From assembly GCA_034003325.1 (NCBI GenBank), contig JAVEYW010000002.1, positions 214,189 to 278,188 on the forward strand: 64,000 nt of DNA, written 5' to 3'. The translations under genes were made by a program, and so were the position numbers. Positions 19,804 through 29,774 of this stretch are shown piece by piece (position 1 is the stretch's first letter; every line of letters starts with the position of its first letter). Under the pieces are notes generated by a model. The model ran no database searches and was not told where the DNA came from. It saw only the letters and a program-made list of their open reading frames with translations. The DNA comes from Desulfobacterales bacterium (GTDB taxonomy: Bacteria; Desulfobacterota; Desulfobacteria; Desulfobacterales; JAFDDL01).

Positions 19804-21375
19804 CTAGTCTGTAGCGTCTGTAATAAGATATACTGCGGCCAACTCACAAAACGATGTGACCTGTTCCGCTTCAAACTCCTTGTCCCACCCCAGCTCACGG
19901 GCCATAAACGCTGCGACCTTGGGCGCCGCAGCCATGGCGGCGCGCGCATCGAGAATCAACGCCCGAAGCCGCCTGGAGAGCACATCGGCAAGCGTTCTCG
20001 CCATTTCATATCGTATGGCCCATAAAACTTCAATATACCGGTAAGGCAAATTCGGATGAATCCCTTCTTCCAGTTCGGGCAAGGACCGGGAAAGTGTCAT
20101 CAGTGCCACGGCATCCGTGCCGTAACTGACATAGGGGCTGTTTTTTCCCGGCGTATCGGTCCACCCGTGAAGCCGCAGGGTTTCGGTGCGAGACGGCCGT
20201 TGCTCAAGTCTGCCGATGGTAGCGGCCATGTCCACGGCATCCTGGCCCATTTTGCGATACGTGGTCCATTTTCCGCCGGCAATGGTAACGAGACCTGTCC
20301 GGGACACCAGCACCTGGTGCTCCCGGGAAATCACGGCGGTTTTTTCCCTGCCGGTGTTCTCAATAAGGGGCCGAATGCCGGCGAACACACTTCGAACATC
20401 TTCCGCAGCCGGGTCCTTGGACAAATATCTTGCCGCATGGCTCAGTAGAAAATCGATTTCTTCCGGAAAGGCTCTGGGTGACAGCGTTGGTTTTGAAATT
20501 GCCGTGTCGGTCGTACCGACGATGACCACATCCTGCCAGGGAACGGCGAACAAGACCCGGCCGTCATCCGTATGCGGCACCATGATCGCCGAATCGCCCG
20601 GCAGAAAATAACGGTCTAGCACGATATGGATGCCCTGGCTCGGGGATACCAGCAATCCGGTATCAGGCAAATCCATTTTTCGAATGTCATCCACGAAAAT
20701 CCCGGTGGCATTGACAACCACCCGGGCTGAAATATCGTAAGTGGCGCCGGTTTCGCCATCAACGGCCGTCACGCCGCGCACCATGCCCTCTTTTTTCAGA
20801 AGCCCCGTTACCCGCACATAATTCGCCCCGCATCCGCCCAAATCGACCAGCGTTCGGGCTAACATGATCGCTAACCGGGCATCGTCAAATTGCCCGTCGT
20901 AATAGATAATTCCGCCGCGAAGCCCCTTGGGCTCCAGCGTGGGAATTCGTTCCAGGGTCTCTTCCCGGGTAAGATGCCGCGAAGGGCCCAGCCCCAATTT
21001 CCCGGCCAGCATATCGTAAAATTTCAACCCGATGCCGTAAAAGGGTCCTTCCCACCACTCGTAATTGGGCACGATAAAGGCTTGGTGGCGCACCAGGTGC
21101 GGGGCGTTTCGAAGCAGCAGCCCCCGTTCGTGAAGCGCTTCAAGTACGAGAGAAATATTCCCCTGTTGCAGATATCGCACGCCACCGTGAATGAGTTTGG
21201 TGCTGCGGCTCGAAGTGCCCTGCGCAAAATCACCCTGCTCCAGCAACACGGTGCGGTATCCTCTGGCCGCCGCTTCAACCGCCACCCCGAGGCCGGTGGC
21301 GCCGCCGCCGATCACAGCCACGTCCCACAGAATGCTTGAATCGGAAATTTGAAGCATCATGGCGTCCCGGTTCAT
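19804..21375 (-). CDS. glpD: FAD-dependent glycerol-3-phosphate dehydrogenase
   Basis: DVAVIGGGATGLGVAVEAAARG..GTSSRSTKLIHGGVRYL. 523 aa. Confidence 0.9.
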   Translation of the reverse strand: MNRDAMMLQISDSSILWDVAVIGGGATGLGVAVEAAARGYRTVLLEQGDFAQGTSSRSTKLIHGGVRYLQQGNISLVLEALHERGLLLRNAPHLVRHQAFIVPNYEWWEGPFYGIGLKFYDMLAGKLGLGPSRHLTREETLERIPTLEPKGLRGGIIYYDGQFDDARLAIMLARTLVDLGGCGANYVRVTGLLKKEGMVRGVTAVDGETGATYDISARVVVNATGIFVDDIRKMDLPDTGLLVSPSQGIHIVLDRYFLPGDSAIMVPHTDDGRVLFAVPWQDVVIVGTTDTAISKPTLSPRAFPEEIDFLLSHAARYLSKDPAAEDVRSVFAGIRPLIENTGREKTAVISREHQVLVSRTGLVTIAGGKWTTYRKMGQDAVDMAATIGRLEQRPSRTETLRLHGWTDTPGKNSPYVSYGTDAVALMTLSRSLPELEEGIHPNLPYRYIEVLWAIRYEMARTLADVLSRRLRALILDARAAMAAAPKVAAFMARELGWDKEFEAEQVTSFCELAAVYLITDATD

Positions 21376-22304
21376 TCGGTCACCCTATTGTATTTTCCGG
21401 CAATGGCCACCCAGCCCTCTTGCCGTTGCTCCGTTAAAATCTCAAAGCCGATCCGCTTCATTTTATCCACCACGGCCGGGCCGTTTTTTTCAATGATGCC
21501 CGAGCAGATGAAGATTCCGCCGGGCAGGATTACCCGGGAAAGATGGTCCAGAAGGACAAGAATCACTTCCGAAAGGATGTTGGCCGCCACCAGGCTGAAA
21601 CGGTTTGCCAGTCCGTTGGCCAAATCGCCGGAGGCTGCATGGAATAGATTCCTGTCGAGCCCGTTTCTTTCTATGTTTTCATTGGCCACCGTCACGGCGA
21701 CGGCATCGTTGTCAATTCCCAGGGCATGCGCTGCGCCCAGTTTTGCCGCTGCGATCAGCAGAAGACCCGACCCGGTGCCGATATCCAGAAAAGAATCTCC
21801 CTCTTTCAGATACGTTTCGATCAGGTGAACACAAAGAGACGTAGTGGGGTGCGTTCCGGTGCCAAAGGCCATTCCCGGATCCAGCAGAATGATGATTTCG
21901 CCGGGTTGGGGCGAATAGTCACGCCAGGTCGGCTTGACGACGATGCGCCGGCTGATTTTGCTCGGCCAGAAAAATGCCTTCCAGGATTCGGCCCAGTCTT
22001 CCTTGTCCAGATCCTTATAGCGAATCTCAATGGCGATATCATGGCATGCGCCGATGCGTGAAAGGCGATTTTCAAGATCCCGGCAGATTTCGACGGTGGT
22101 GTCGTTTTGAGGAATGTACCCGATAACGGCATCGGGTTTTGACGGTTCCGGAATATCCGGCGCCCAGCCCTCGACCGGCGCCTCATCCGGCCCTTCGATG
22201 ACAACCCCTTTAATGCCCGCATCGTAATAGGCGCTGGCAAGAATCTCTGTTGCCAGACGGCGATCCGAAGATCTGAACAATGCCTTTGCTTCAATCCATT
22301 TCAT
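21372..22304 (-). CDS. prmA: Ribosomal protein L11 methyltransferase
   Basis: FGTGTHPTTSLC and LDIGTGSGLLLIAAAKLGA. The ORF track extends to 22406, overlapping the PilZ gene. I moved the start to ATG 22304 (MKWIEAK..), the typical PrmA N-terminus. Confidence 0.9.
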   Translation of the reverse strand: MKWIEAKALFRSSDRRLATEILASAYYDAGIKGVVIEGPDEAPVEGWAPDIPEPSKPDAVIGYIPQNDTTVEICRDLENRLSRIGACHDIAIEIRYKDLDKEDWAESWKAFFWPSKISRRIVVKPTWRDYSPQPGEIIILLDPGMAFGTGTHPTTSLCVHLIETYLKEGDSFLDIGTGSGLLLIAAAKLGAAHALGIDNDAVAVTVANENIERNGLDRNLFHAASGDLANGLANRFSLVAANILSEVILVLLDHLSRVILPGGIFICSGIIEKNGPAVVDKMKRIGFEILTEQRQEGWVAIAGKYNRVTE

Positions 22305-22332
22305 GGGGTTATGAGCCGAAAGAAAAGCACAA

Positions 22333-22662
22333 TCAGTTAAAATCCGGGAACGATGGTTCAGCAAGAAGCTCTCGAACGGTTTTATTAAACCTGACACCGA
22401 TGCCATGCGGCGTTTGACGGACTACTTCACCGGTAACCTGAATGAAGTGCTGATGACCCGGCAGTGGCAGGGTAATGGCGAGCGATTGACCCAGCACAAA
22501 GTGAATCTGCGTTTCGATAAAAATACCGCCGGCGCTGATATCCTGAACAAAATCCTCGTAGGCTTCCCCTTGAGCGGCGTAATTGACCGCCATGGACAAG
22601 GGTATTCTCGGGGCCAACCGTTTTTCAGGATTTGGCAACTTCCTCTCCTCGGTCGAGGTCAT
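22333..22662 (-). CDS. PilZ domain protein (c-di-GMP-binding motifs present)
   Basis: RLAPR (RxxxR) and DISAGG (D/NxSxxG) motifs. 109 aa. Confidence 0.85.
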   Translation of the reverse strand: MTSTEERKLPNPEKRLAPRIPLSMAVNYAAQGEAYEDFVQDISAGGIFIETQIHFVLGQSLAITLPLPGHQHFIQVTGEVVRQTPHGIGVRFNKTVRELLAEPSFPDFN

Positions 22663-22780
22663 GGATATACATCCTTCAACACACGCACGGTTAGGTCATG
22701 CGACGGCTTTAACATCATTCGAATAGGTTTCTCGATATATATGCTACCACTTCCCGATCTGTCAAACCAGAAACACCCCC

Positions 22781-23059
22781 CTATTTTCTTTTAGGGGTAA
22801 ATCTGAGAAATACCCGGTAATTACCGGAATCAATATCCTGGGGGATAGCGTACCCTTCCGGCACGAGCAGTACCAACACCCGCCCGGCCGCCGGATCATA
22901 GGCCGGCTGGCCATGACGCCGCTCCACCGGTCTGTTTCCGGACGGACGTCTTCTGGGAGGCCGAGCATTGAGCACCTTTGCTTCTATGACATTTTCCTTG
23001 GCCTCCGGTCTTTTTCCTTGCAAGTCAAGCCGCTGAGTAGCCCCGATAACGATTTCCAT
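22781..23059 (-). CDS. Small hypothetical protein with an Arg/Pro-rich centre
   Basis: 92-aa ORF. SD GGAGGG lies 5 nt upstream of ATG 23059. No recognisable family. Confidence 0.5.
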   Translation of the reverse strand: MEIVIGATQRLDLQGKRPEAKENVIEAKVLNARPPRRRPSGNRPVERRHGQPAYDPAAGRVLVLLVPEGYAIPQDIDSGNYRVFLRFTPKRK

Positions 23060-23243
23060 GCAGTCCCTCCTAAATAAAATAATTGGCTAAGTCTCATATC
23101 GGCCAATCTTACATTTCCTTTAGCGAGAAAGCCCGTTCCGTTTTTTCATTGACAAAAAGCGAATTACTATCCATGAAGATTGAGAATATTTTCGGCAGGG
23201 CTGCGTATTTTTCTCAAGTCATGAACCGGGCAACCAAAAGCGT

Positions 23244-25721
23244 TTGAATGAAATGGACATCCCGACTCCCGAACTCCGGATCGCCGAAGAATTTGTCCAG
23301 CATACCAACTGCCATATCTTTCTGACCGGCAAAGCCGGCACCGGCAAAACCACCTTTCTCCATTCCATTCAAAAAAAAACGCATAAACGGTTGGTGGTAA
23401 CGGCTCCGACCGGTGTCGCGGCCATCAATGCCGGCGGCGTCACCCTGCATTCCTTTTTTCAGATGCCGTTTGGTCCCTTTGTCCCCGGCAGTGAAGCGCA
23501 TACCGGTCGGCACAGGCTCCGGCGGGAGAAACAAAATATCATCAGAAGCCTTGATCTTCTGGTTATCGATGAAATCAGCATGGTCCGAGCAGATCTGCTT
23601 GACGGGGTGGACAGCGTTCTTAGACGCTGCCGCCGGAATGATCTGCCTTTCGGCGGGGTGCAATTGTTGATGATCGGTGACCTGCACCAGCTTCCGCCGG
23701 TGGTGAAAAATACGGAATGGCAGCTCCTGCAACCCTATTACGATTCCCCGTATTTTTTCAGCAGCACTGCCCTCGGCCGGACCGAACTGATTCCCATCGA
23801 GCTAAAACACGTCTTTCGGCAGTCGGACCCTCAGTTTATTGAACTGCTCAATTGCGTTCGCAACAACCGGCTTGACCCGCCCACCCTGCAGCGGATCAAT
23901 TCCCGTCATATTCCGGATTTTTCGCCCCGGGACGGGGACGGATACATCACCCTTTGTACCCACAACAGCGGCGCGGATGCCATTAACCACACCAAGTTAA
24001 AATCCCTGCCCGGCAAAAGCCGCTTTTTTGACGCCGAACTGGGCGGGGACTTTCCGGAGTTTGCCTATCCGACCGCGGCCGGACTTGAATTAAAAATCGG
24101 GGCACAGGTGATGTTCGTCCGCAATGACATGTCGGCCGAGAAACGCTATTTCAACGGCAGAATCGGCAAAATCACCGGCATGTGGGGCGATACCATTGAG
24201 GTCCGATGCCCGGAAGATTCGGATAAAATCACGGTCGAGAAAACCACCTGGGAGAACATCGAGTACACCGTCGATTCGAAAACCGCCGAGATTTCACAAA
24301 AGGTCATCGGCACCTTCAGCCAATACCCCCTGAAACTGGCCTGGGCCATCACCATTCACAAAAGCCAGGGACTCACTTTTGATAAAGCGATTATTGACGC
24401 CCGGGCCGCCTTTGCCCATGGTCAGGTATACGTGGCCTTGAGCCGCTGTCGAAATTTCGAGGGAATGGTGCTCAGCTCCCCGCTGACACCGCTGGCCGTG
24501 AAAACCGACCCCGCCATTCGGCGCTTCGTGGCAGAGGCGGAAAACAATACCCCGTCACCGGAAAAGGTGGCCGCTGCGAAAAGCCTTTATCAGCAGCAGC
24601 TTATGCTGGAGTGTTTCAGCTTTGAGCGACTGGACTGGCTGCTTGGCCGGTTGACGGGGCTTCTTCGCGGCAATGCCGGCGTGATTCAGGTTGCGGGCAA
24701 AGACGATATTTTGAATATTCGGCAGCGGACGACGGCGGAAATCTGTGCTGTCGGTGAAAAGTTCAAGCGGCAGTTGCAGGGAATGTTCGCCGATGCGCGC
24801 CAACCGGCCGAAGATTCGGCCATTCGGGAAAGGCTTTGCAAGGCTTCCGGTTATTTTCAGGAAAAATTTGCGGTAATTTTATGCCCCTATCTTGAGACCT
24901 TCTCGGCAGAAACGGACAACAAGGACCTTCGCAAGAAAATCAACGACACCGTCAAGCAACTCAGAGAGCAAACCGCCGTGAAGCTGGCCGCGGTGCGGTC
25001 CTTACAGGACGGGTTTTCAACGGAGCGGTATCTTCGGGCGCTTTCGGTCGCGGCTATCGATGCGGGCGAGATCAAACCAAAAGCCGAAACCATCCTCTAT
25101 TCCGAGGCGGACGTCGGGCACCCGGAACTCTTCGACAATCTGCGGGAATGGCGCAAGCACAAGGCAACCGGGGAAGGGGTTCCGCCATTTCAGATCTTGC
25201 ACCAAAAAACCCTGGTGCAGATCGCGATCCATCTTCCCGACGCTATTTCCGCTTTGAAAAAGATCAAGGGCATCGGTCCGCGTCTGGCCGAAAAATACGG
25301 TCAAGAACTTACGGCCATGGTCGCCGAGTATCGCCGGAAACACCGGATCGAGAAGGTCTCCCTGCCCGAACCGGCCGCCATTATGGCTGAAACGGCGCCT
25401 AAAGCAGAATCCAAGGTGAAAGAAGACACCAAAAAGGTCAGCCTCCAATTGTTCGAACAAGGGTTAAGCCTAAGCGAAATAGCCGCCCGGCGGCAACTGG
25501 CAGTCGCCACAATCGAAGGTCATCTGGCCTATTTCGTGTCCAGGGGTGAGCTTAACATCGACAGACTGCTGACGAATGAAAAGCGGCAAACCATAACGCA
25601 AAAGATCGCCGATATGCCGGGAAATTCATTAAAGGAGCTCAAAACGGCCCTCGGCGATGAGTGTTCCTACGGTGAAATCAAGCTGGTTTTGGCTCACCTA
25701 AAACACCTTGAACACCCGTAA
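23244..25721 (+). CDS. Pif1/RecD-like SF1 helicase with C-terminal HRDC and HTH domains
   Basis: Walker A FLTGKAGTGKTTFL, LVIDEISMV, and AITIHKSQGLTFD. HRDC-like LFDNLREWRKHKATGEGVPPFQILHQKTLVQIA. HTH_40-like tail LSEIAARRQLAVATIEGHL. Confidence 0.9.
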   Translation: MNEMDIPTPELRIAEEFVQHTNCHIFLTGKAGTGKTTFLHSIQKKTHKRLVVTAPTGVAAINAGGVTLHSFFQMPFGPFVPGSEAHTGRHRLRREKQNIIRSLDLLVIDEISMVRADLLDGVDSVLRRCRRNDLPFGGVQLLMIGDLHQLPPVVKNTEWQLLQPYYDSPYFFSSTALGRTELIPIELKHVFRQSDPQFIELLNCVRNNRLDPPTLQRINSRHIPDFSPRDGDGYITLCTHNSGADAINHTKLKSLPGKSRFFDAELGGDFPEFAYPTAAGLELKIGAQVMFVRNDMSAEKRYFNGRIGKITGMWGDTIEVRCPEDSDKITVEKTTWENIEYTVDSKTAEISQKVIGTFSQYPLKLAWAITIHKSQGLTFDKAIIDARAAFAHGQVYVALSRCRNFEGMVLSSPLTPLAVKTDPAIRRFVAEAENNTPSPEKVAAAKSLYQQQLMLECFSFERLDWLLGRLTGLLRGNAGVIQVAGKDDILNIRQRTTAEICAVGEKFKRQLQGMFADARQPAEDSAIRERLCKASGYFQEKFAVILCPYLETFSAETDNKDLRKKINDTVKQLREQTAVKLAAVRSLQDGFSTERYLRALSVAAIDAGEIKPKAETILYSEADVGHPELFDNLREWRKHKATGEGVPPFQILHQKTLVQIAIHLPDAISALKKIKGIGPRLAEKYGQELTAMVAEYRRKHRIEKVSLPEPAAIMAETAPKAESKVKEDTKKVSLQLFEQGLSLSEIAARRQLAVATIEGHLAYFVSRGELNIDRLLTNEKRQTITQKIADMPGNSLKELKTALGDECSYGEIKLVLAHLKHLEHP

Positions 25722-25725
25722 AAGG

Positions 25726-26016
25726 TTATTCGAGTTTCGCCAAATACTCGGCCCACTCCGTGGGGAGAAGTTGTTTTTTTTGAGTGTTGCATTCCTTGCA
25801 ACAGGGTACCACGTTTCCCTTGGTGGATCGGCCGCCGCGGGCAAGGGGAACCAGATGATCCATGGTGAGTTCTTTGGGCGGCGTCGGTTTTTTGCAATAA
25901 TGACATTCGCCTTTGGCAAGTTTTCGCTTCCACCACTGGGATTGGCGAAGTTCCCGGGCCTTTTGGCGCTCGGCGCGAATGGCGTCATCGTCCCAGTCGT
26001 TTAAATCAAAGTCCAT
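25726..26016 (-). CDS. Small HNH endonuclease
   Basis: CHYCKK..DHLVPLARGG..NVVPCCKECNTQK. 96 aa. Confidence 0.85.
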   Translation of the reverse strand: MDFDLNDWDDDAIRAERQKARELRQSQWWKRKLAKGECHYCKKPTPPKELTMDHLVPLARGGRSTKGNVVPCCKECNTQKKQLLPTEWAEYLAKLE

Positions 26017-26028
26017 TGTTCCCTTTTC

Positions 26029-26865
26029 TTATGTGCCCGGCAGTGATTGAAGCCATTTTTCCACCGCATCGTGAAACAATGGGTAATAGGCCTCAGATCC
26101 CCCCAGCCCCCGGCGGCCGAAAAAATAATTGATTTCAAGGAAAAGCGGTGTGGCATCCATTCGGCCCGCATTGTCGGCGCAAAAGAGAATATCGAAGCCG
26201 GCCAGGTTGATACCGGTTTTGCGGCAAAAGTCCGCCACGGCATCCTTTGCGATGGTTTGAAGCTCGGGGGTCGTTTTCGGATCGATTCGGGCGCCGGCCG
26301 ATACACCGGTGCCAAAAGCGGATTTGTCCGGCATGACGCGCCAATAGGAGATGAGGCGGTTGCCGATGACGACGACCCGCAGGGATCTGCCTGCTGTGGG
26401 AATATAAGCTTGCAGCACAAATCCCCTTTGGCCGGTCTTCTCAAAGGCTTCGGCTCTGGAGAGCGCCGGTTCCATGGCCCTTTCGGATTCGATGAGAAAG
26501 ACGCCCTCGCCTTCGCCGCCCCAGTCGAATTTGAATACGAGGGGATAGGCACGGGGTGGGGGTGTGGACATTTGTTTAAACTCGGCCACATTCAAAAAGA
26601 TTTCTGTTGCGGGATGGGCCACCCCGGTTTTTTGAAATAACCGCGCCTGCCCGGTTTTCCCCGGAAAGTCAAACCGGGCGCTATAATCCGGAAAAACATG
26701 GCGGCAGTTGTTGCGGGCCATATCGTAAAGCGCGCGATAGCAGCCCTGGGGAAGAATGACCGCATCGGCGGCTTTGATGGCGGATAGGTCTTCCGCATTG
26801 GGCTGCCGGCCCGCGCATAACCGGTTTTCGTCTTTGATGATCAGGGGGTGAAAAGAGAGAATCAT
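26029..26865 (-). CDS. ATP-grasp domain protein (RimK-like ligase fold)
   Basis: 278-aa ORF: YPLVFKFDWGGEGEGVFLI..FVLQAYIP..FDILF. Its start overlaps the era stop (ATGA). Confidence 0.75.
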   Translation of the reverse strand: MILSFHPLIIKDENRLCAGRQPNAEDLSAIKAADAVILPQGCYRALYDMARNNCRHVFPDYSARFDFPGKTGQARLFQKTGVAHPATEIFLNVAEFKQMSTPPPRAYPLVFKFDWGGEGEGVFLIESERAMEPALSRAEAFEKTGQRGFVLQAYIPTAGRSLRVVVIGNRLISYWRVMPDKSAFGTGVSAGARIDPKTTPELQTIAKDAVADFCRKTGINLAGFDILFCADNAGRMDATPLFLEINYFFGRRGLGGSEAYYPLFHDAVEKWLQSLPGT

Positions 26866-27761
26866 CCGTATCCGAACCGCCTCAGGGCCTTGGTGTCGCG
26901 GCTCCAGTTTTTCTGGACGCGCACAAAGAGTTTTAAAAATACACGGGTTTCAATCATGCGCTCGATTTCCAGGCGTGCGTCTTCTCCGATTTTTTTCAGC
27001 TTTTGTCCCTGCTTACCGATGATGATCCCTTTCTGGGAATCACGCTCGAGATGAATGGTGGCGTTGATGTGAACGATTTTCCCGCCGCCTTTTACCTTGT
27101 AGGAATCGACCGTAACGGCCGTGGCGTAAGGGATTTCCTGACCCGTGAGCCGAAACACCTTTTCCCGAATAATTTCAGCGACGATAAAGCGCTGGGGCAG
27201 ATCCGTGAGCGTATCCTCAGGGAAAAAGGGCGGCCCCCAGGGCATGAGCGCTTCCATCTCATTCAGCAACCGATCCACCTGATCCCCGGTGGCGGCCGAA
27301 ATCGGTACCACCGCCTTAAAATCAAAGGTCTTGGCCCATTTGTCGATTAAGGCCAGCAGCGCTTCCTTGGTGATGAGCTCCACTTTGTTGATGGCGAGAA
27401 TGACCGGGACGGAAAGAGCGGTGATTTTTTTTAACAGTAGCGTTTCGGACGTTTCGTCCGGGTGATCCGCGTCCAGCAGCAGCAAGAGCACATCCGCATC
27501 GGCCATGGCGGACACCGCCTCATCCACGATGCGAACATTAAGGGGTTCTTTGGCCTGATGAATTCCGGGGGTATCCAGCAAAACAAGCTGTGCGTCGGGC
27601 CGGTGAATCACGCCGAGAATCCGGTTTCGGGTCGTTTGCGGCTTGGCGCTGGTGATGGATATTTTCTCTCCCAGCATGCGGTTCATCAACGTCGATTTGC
27701 CCGTATTGGGCGCTCCGACAATCGCCACGAACCCGGATTTGAATGGTTTCGTATCGTTCAT
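26862..27761 (-). CDS. era: GTPase Era
   Basis: GFVAIVGAPNTGKSTLMN, DTPG, and a C-terminal KH domain (VIIGKQGQKLKKIG). Confidence 0.97.
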   Translation of the reverse strand: MNDTKPFKSGFVAIVGAPNTGKSTLMNRMLGEKISITSAKPQTTRNRILGVIHRPDAQLVLLDTPGIHQAKEPLNVRIVDEAVSAMADADVLLLLLDADHPDETSETLLLKKITALSVPVILAINKVELITKEALLALIDKWAKTFDFKAVVPISAATGDQVDRLLNEMEALMPWGPPFFPEDTLTDLPQRFIVAEIIREKVFRLTGQEIPYATAVTVDSYKVKGGGKIVHINATIHLERDSQKGIIIGKQGQKLKKIGEDARLEIERMIETRVFLKLFVRVQKNWSRDTKALRRFGYG

Positions 27762-27800
27762 AGGATCCTTAACTCAAGGTGGTTGCTCAGGCTTGACCCG

Positions 27801-28388
27801 TTAAGCGGACAAGCATAACGCATTAATTTTTTCCCAAACCGCATCGCGGCCCTGACGGGTTTTGGCGGAGAACAGAATCAGATTTTCCTGCGGCAGTCCG
27901 ATCTCGCGGCTGATGGCCGGCAATTGTTTGCCTTGTTTTGTTTTTGACAATTTGTCCGCTTTTGTCAGGATCCAGATACTGGGAATCTGGTAAGCGGCAA
28001 GCCAGTTCATAAGATCCTGTTCCTCCCGGCCGGGTATTCGGCGAATATCCAGAAGGCTGACAACGCCCCTCAGATTTTCCCGGGAGGTCAGATAGGTCTC
28101 GATCATCGGTCCCCACTCCTTTTGAACTGCCGCGGGCACCCTGGCATATCCGAATCCGGGCAAATCCACGAAAGACAGGGCCTGGTTGATCAGAAAAAAA
28201 TTAATCAACTGCGTACGACCCGGCGTACGGCTGGTTTTTACCAGATGTTTCCGATTCACCAGGGTGTTGATCAAAGAGGATTTTCCGACATTGGAGCGCC
28301 CGCAAAAAGCGATTTCCGAATGCGCCGGGGGCGGATATTGCTCCGGCTTGACGGCACTGGTGATAAATTCTGCGGATGAAATAATCAT
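27801..28388 (-). CDS. engB: Ribosome biogenesis GTPase YihA/YsxC (EngB)
   Basis: SAVKPEQYPP..EIAFCGRSNVGKSSLIN, DLPGFGYA, TKADK. The ORF track extends to 28550. I moved the start to ATG 28388 (MIISSAEF..) by comparison with YsxC N-termini. Confidence 0.9.
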   Translation of the reverse strand: MIISSAEFITSAVKPEQYPPPAHSEIAFCGRSNVGKSSLINTLVNRKHLVKTSRTPGRTQLINFFLINQALSFVDLPGFGYARVPAAVQKEWGPMIETYLTSRENLRGVVSLLDIRRIPGREEQDLMNWLAAYQIPSIWILTKADKLSKTKQGKQLPAISREIGLPQENLILFSAKTRQGRDAVWEKINALCLSA

Positions 28389-28571
28389 CGATAGACACCT
28401 AACCCGGCAAAGCCGGAAGCTGGGCGGCTGGACCGCTTGGCGGCCAACGACCTTCTCCAATGATACATGCTTGTTATTGCGCATGGTTCTGATAAAGGGG
28501 TTATCGAAAAGGCCTAACGCCTGCACGGGGCCATTGTGGTGAATCTGCAAGGCGGCGTCACCATATTATCA

Positions 28572-29714
28572 TTATGATAAATTAGTTAAATAGGTCTCGA
28601 GCCGATCCATTCCCTCGCCGATATTTTCGATGGAATTGGCATAACAAAACCGGATATAGCCCTCGCCGTTTTTCCCGAACGCAATGCCTGGTGTAACCGC
28701 CACATGGGCCTTTTCGAGGATATCAAGGGACAGTTGAACCGAATCCCGGGAAAACCGTTTGGCATTGGCGAACACATAAAAAGCGCCCGTGGGCTCAACG
28801 GTGATGCCGAAGCCCATTTTTTTGAGCCGATCGATCATGAAGCGGCGTCGCTGATTGTAGGTTTCTTTCATTTGCCGAATATCCGCGTCGGCTTCGGTCA
28901 GCGCGGCAATGCCGGCCCATTGCGTCATGGTGTTGGCGGAGATGAAAAAGTTCTGATTGATCTTCTGCAGGGGCCGGACAAATTCCGGAGGGGAAATCAC
29001 ATATCCCAGGCGCCAGCCGGTCATGGCGTGAAGCTTGGAAAACCCGTTTAACACAAAGGCCTGGTCCGTAAATTCCAAAATAGAGTGCGCATCGCCCTCA
29101 TACACCAGGCCGTGGTAGATTTCATCCGAAATAATATAGGGTGAAAAAGCGGCAATCGCCTTCATTCGGCTTTCGGACAACAGGTTTCCCGTGGGATTCG
29201 AGGGTGAGTTGATGAGAATGGCCCGGGTCCGGTCGGTGATTTTTTCTGAAATGGCCTTGGCCCTGAATTGAAACGCATCCGCTTCATACACGGGAACCGT
29301 GACCGGCTTTCCCCCCAGAAAATTGATGAAATTCGGGTAACAACAGTAGTGGGGGTCCGATAGAATGACCTCATCGCCCACTTCCAGGAGTGCGGAAAGA
29401 ATGAGGAAAAACAGCGGAGAGGTACCGTTGCCGACAATGATCTGGTCCGGGCTGACGCTGACGCCGTAGGTTCGATGGTAGTGCGCGCAAATGGCTTCGC
29501 GCAACTCGAGAATACCCATGCTGTGCGTGTAATGGGTCTGTCCGTCGGCCAGTGCCCGAATGGCGGCCTCGTTGATGCACGAAGGTGTGTCAAAGTCCGG
29601 CTCCCCGACTTCCAGGTGAATGACACGAATTCCCTTTCGCTCCATGGCCTGAGCCTTTTCAAGGATATCCATGACAATGAACGGCGGAATATCTTCGGCG
29701 CGTTTGGCGATCAT
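28572..29714 (-). CDS. Class I/II PLP-dependent aminotransferase (aspartate aminotransferase-like)
   Basis: 380 aa. SPSNPTG and the PLP-lysine context FSKLHAMTGWRLGY. Confidence 0.9.
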   Translation of the reverse strand: MIAKRAEDIPPFIVMDILEKAQAMERKGIRVIHLEVGEPDFDTPSCINEAAIRALADGQTHYTHSMGILELREAICAHYHRTYGVSVSPDQIIVGNGTSPLFFLILSALLEVGDEVILSDPHYCCYPNFINFLGGKPVTVPVYEADAFQFRAKAISEKITDRTRAILINSPSNPTGNLLSESRMKAIAAFSPYIISDEIYHGLVYEGDAHSILEFTDQAFVLNGFSKLHAMTGWRLGYVISPPEFVRPLQKINQNFFISANTMTQWAGIAALTEADADIRQMKETYNQRRRFMIDRLKKMGFGITVEPTGAFYVFANAKRFSRDSVQLSLDILEKAHVAVTPGIAFGKNGEGYIRFCYANSIENIGEGMDRLETYLTNLS

Positions 29715-29774
29715 TTAAAGCCTATCCTCTTGAAGGTGTCGTTTTGTTCCATTCTCACTGCCGGACCATTCGGA

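Noticed and set aside
22305-22406. N-terminal extension of the prmA ORF
   Set aside because: It overlaps the PilZ gene. PrmA proteins start MKW-IE.., as found at ATG 22304.
28389-28550. N-terminal 54-codon extension of the engB ORF
   Set aside because: There is no similarity to YsxC/YihA N-termini. The conserved start (..SAVKPEQYP) follows the Met at 28388.
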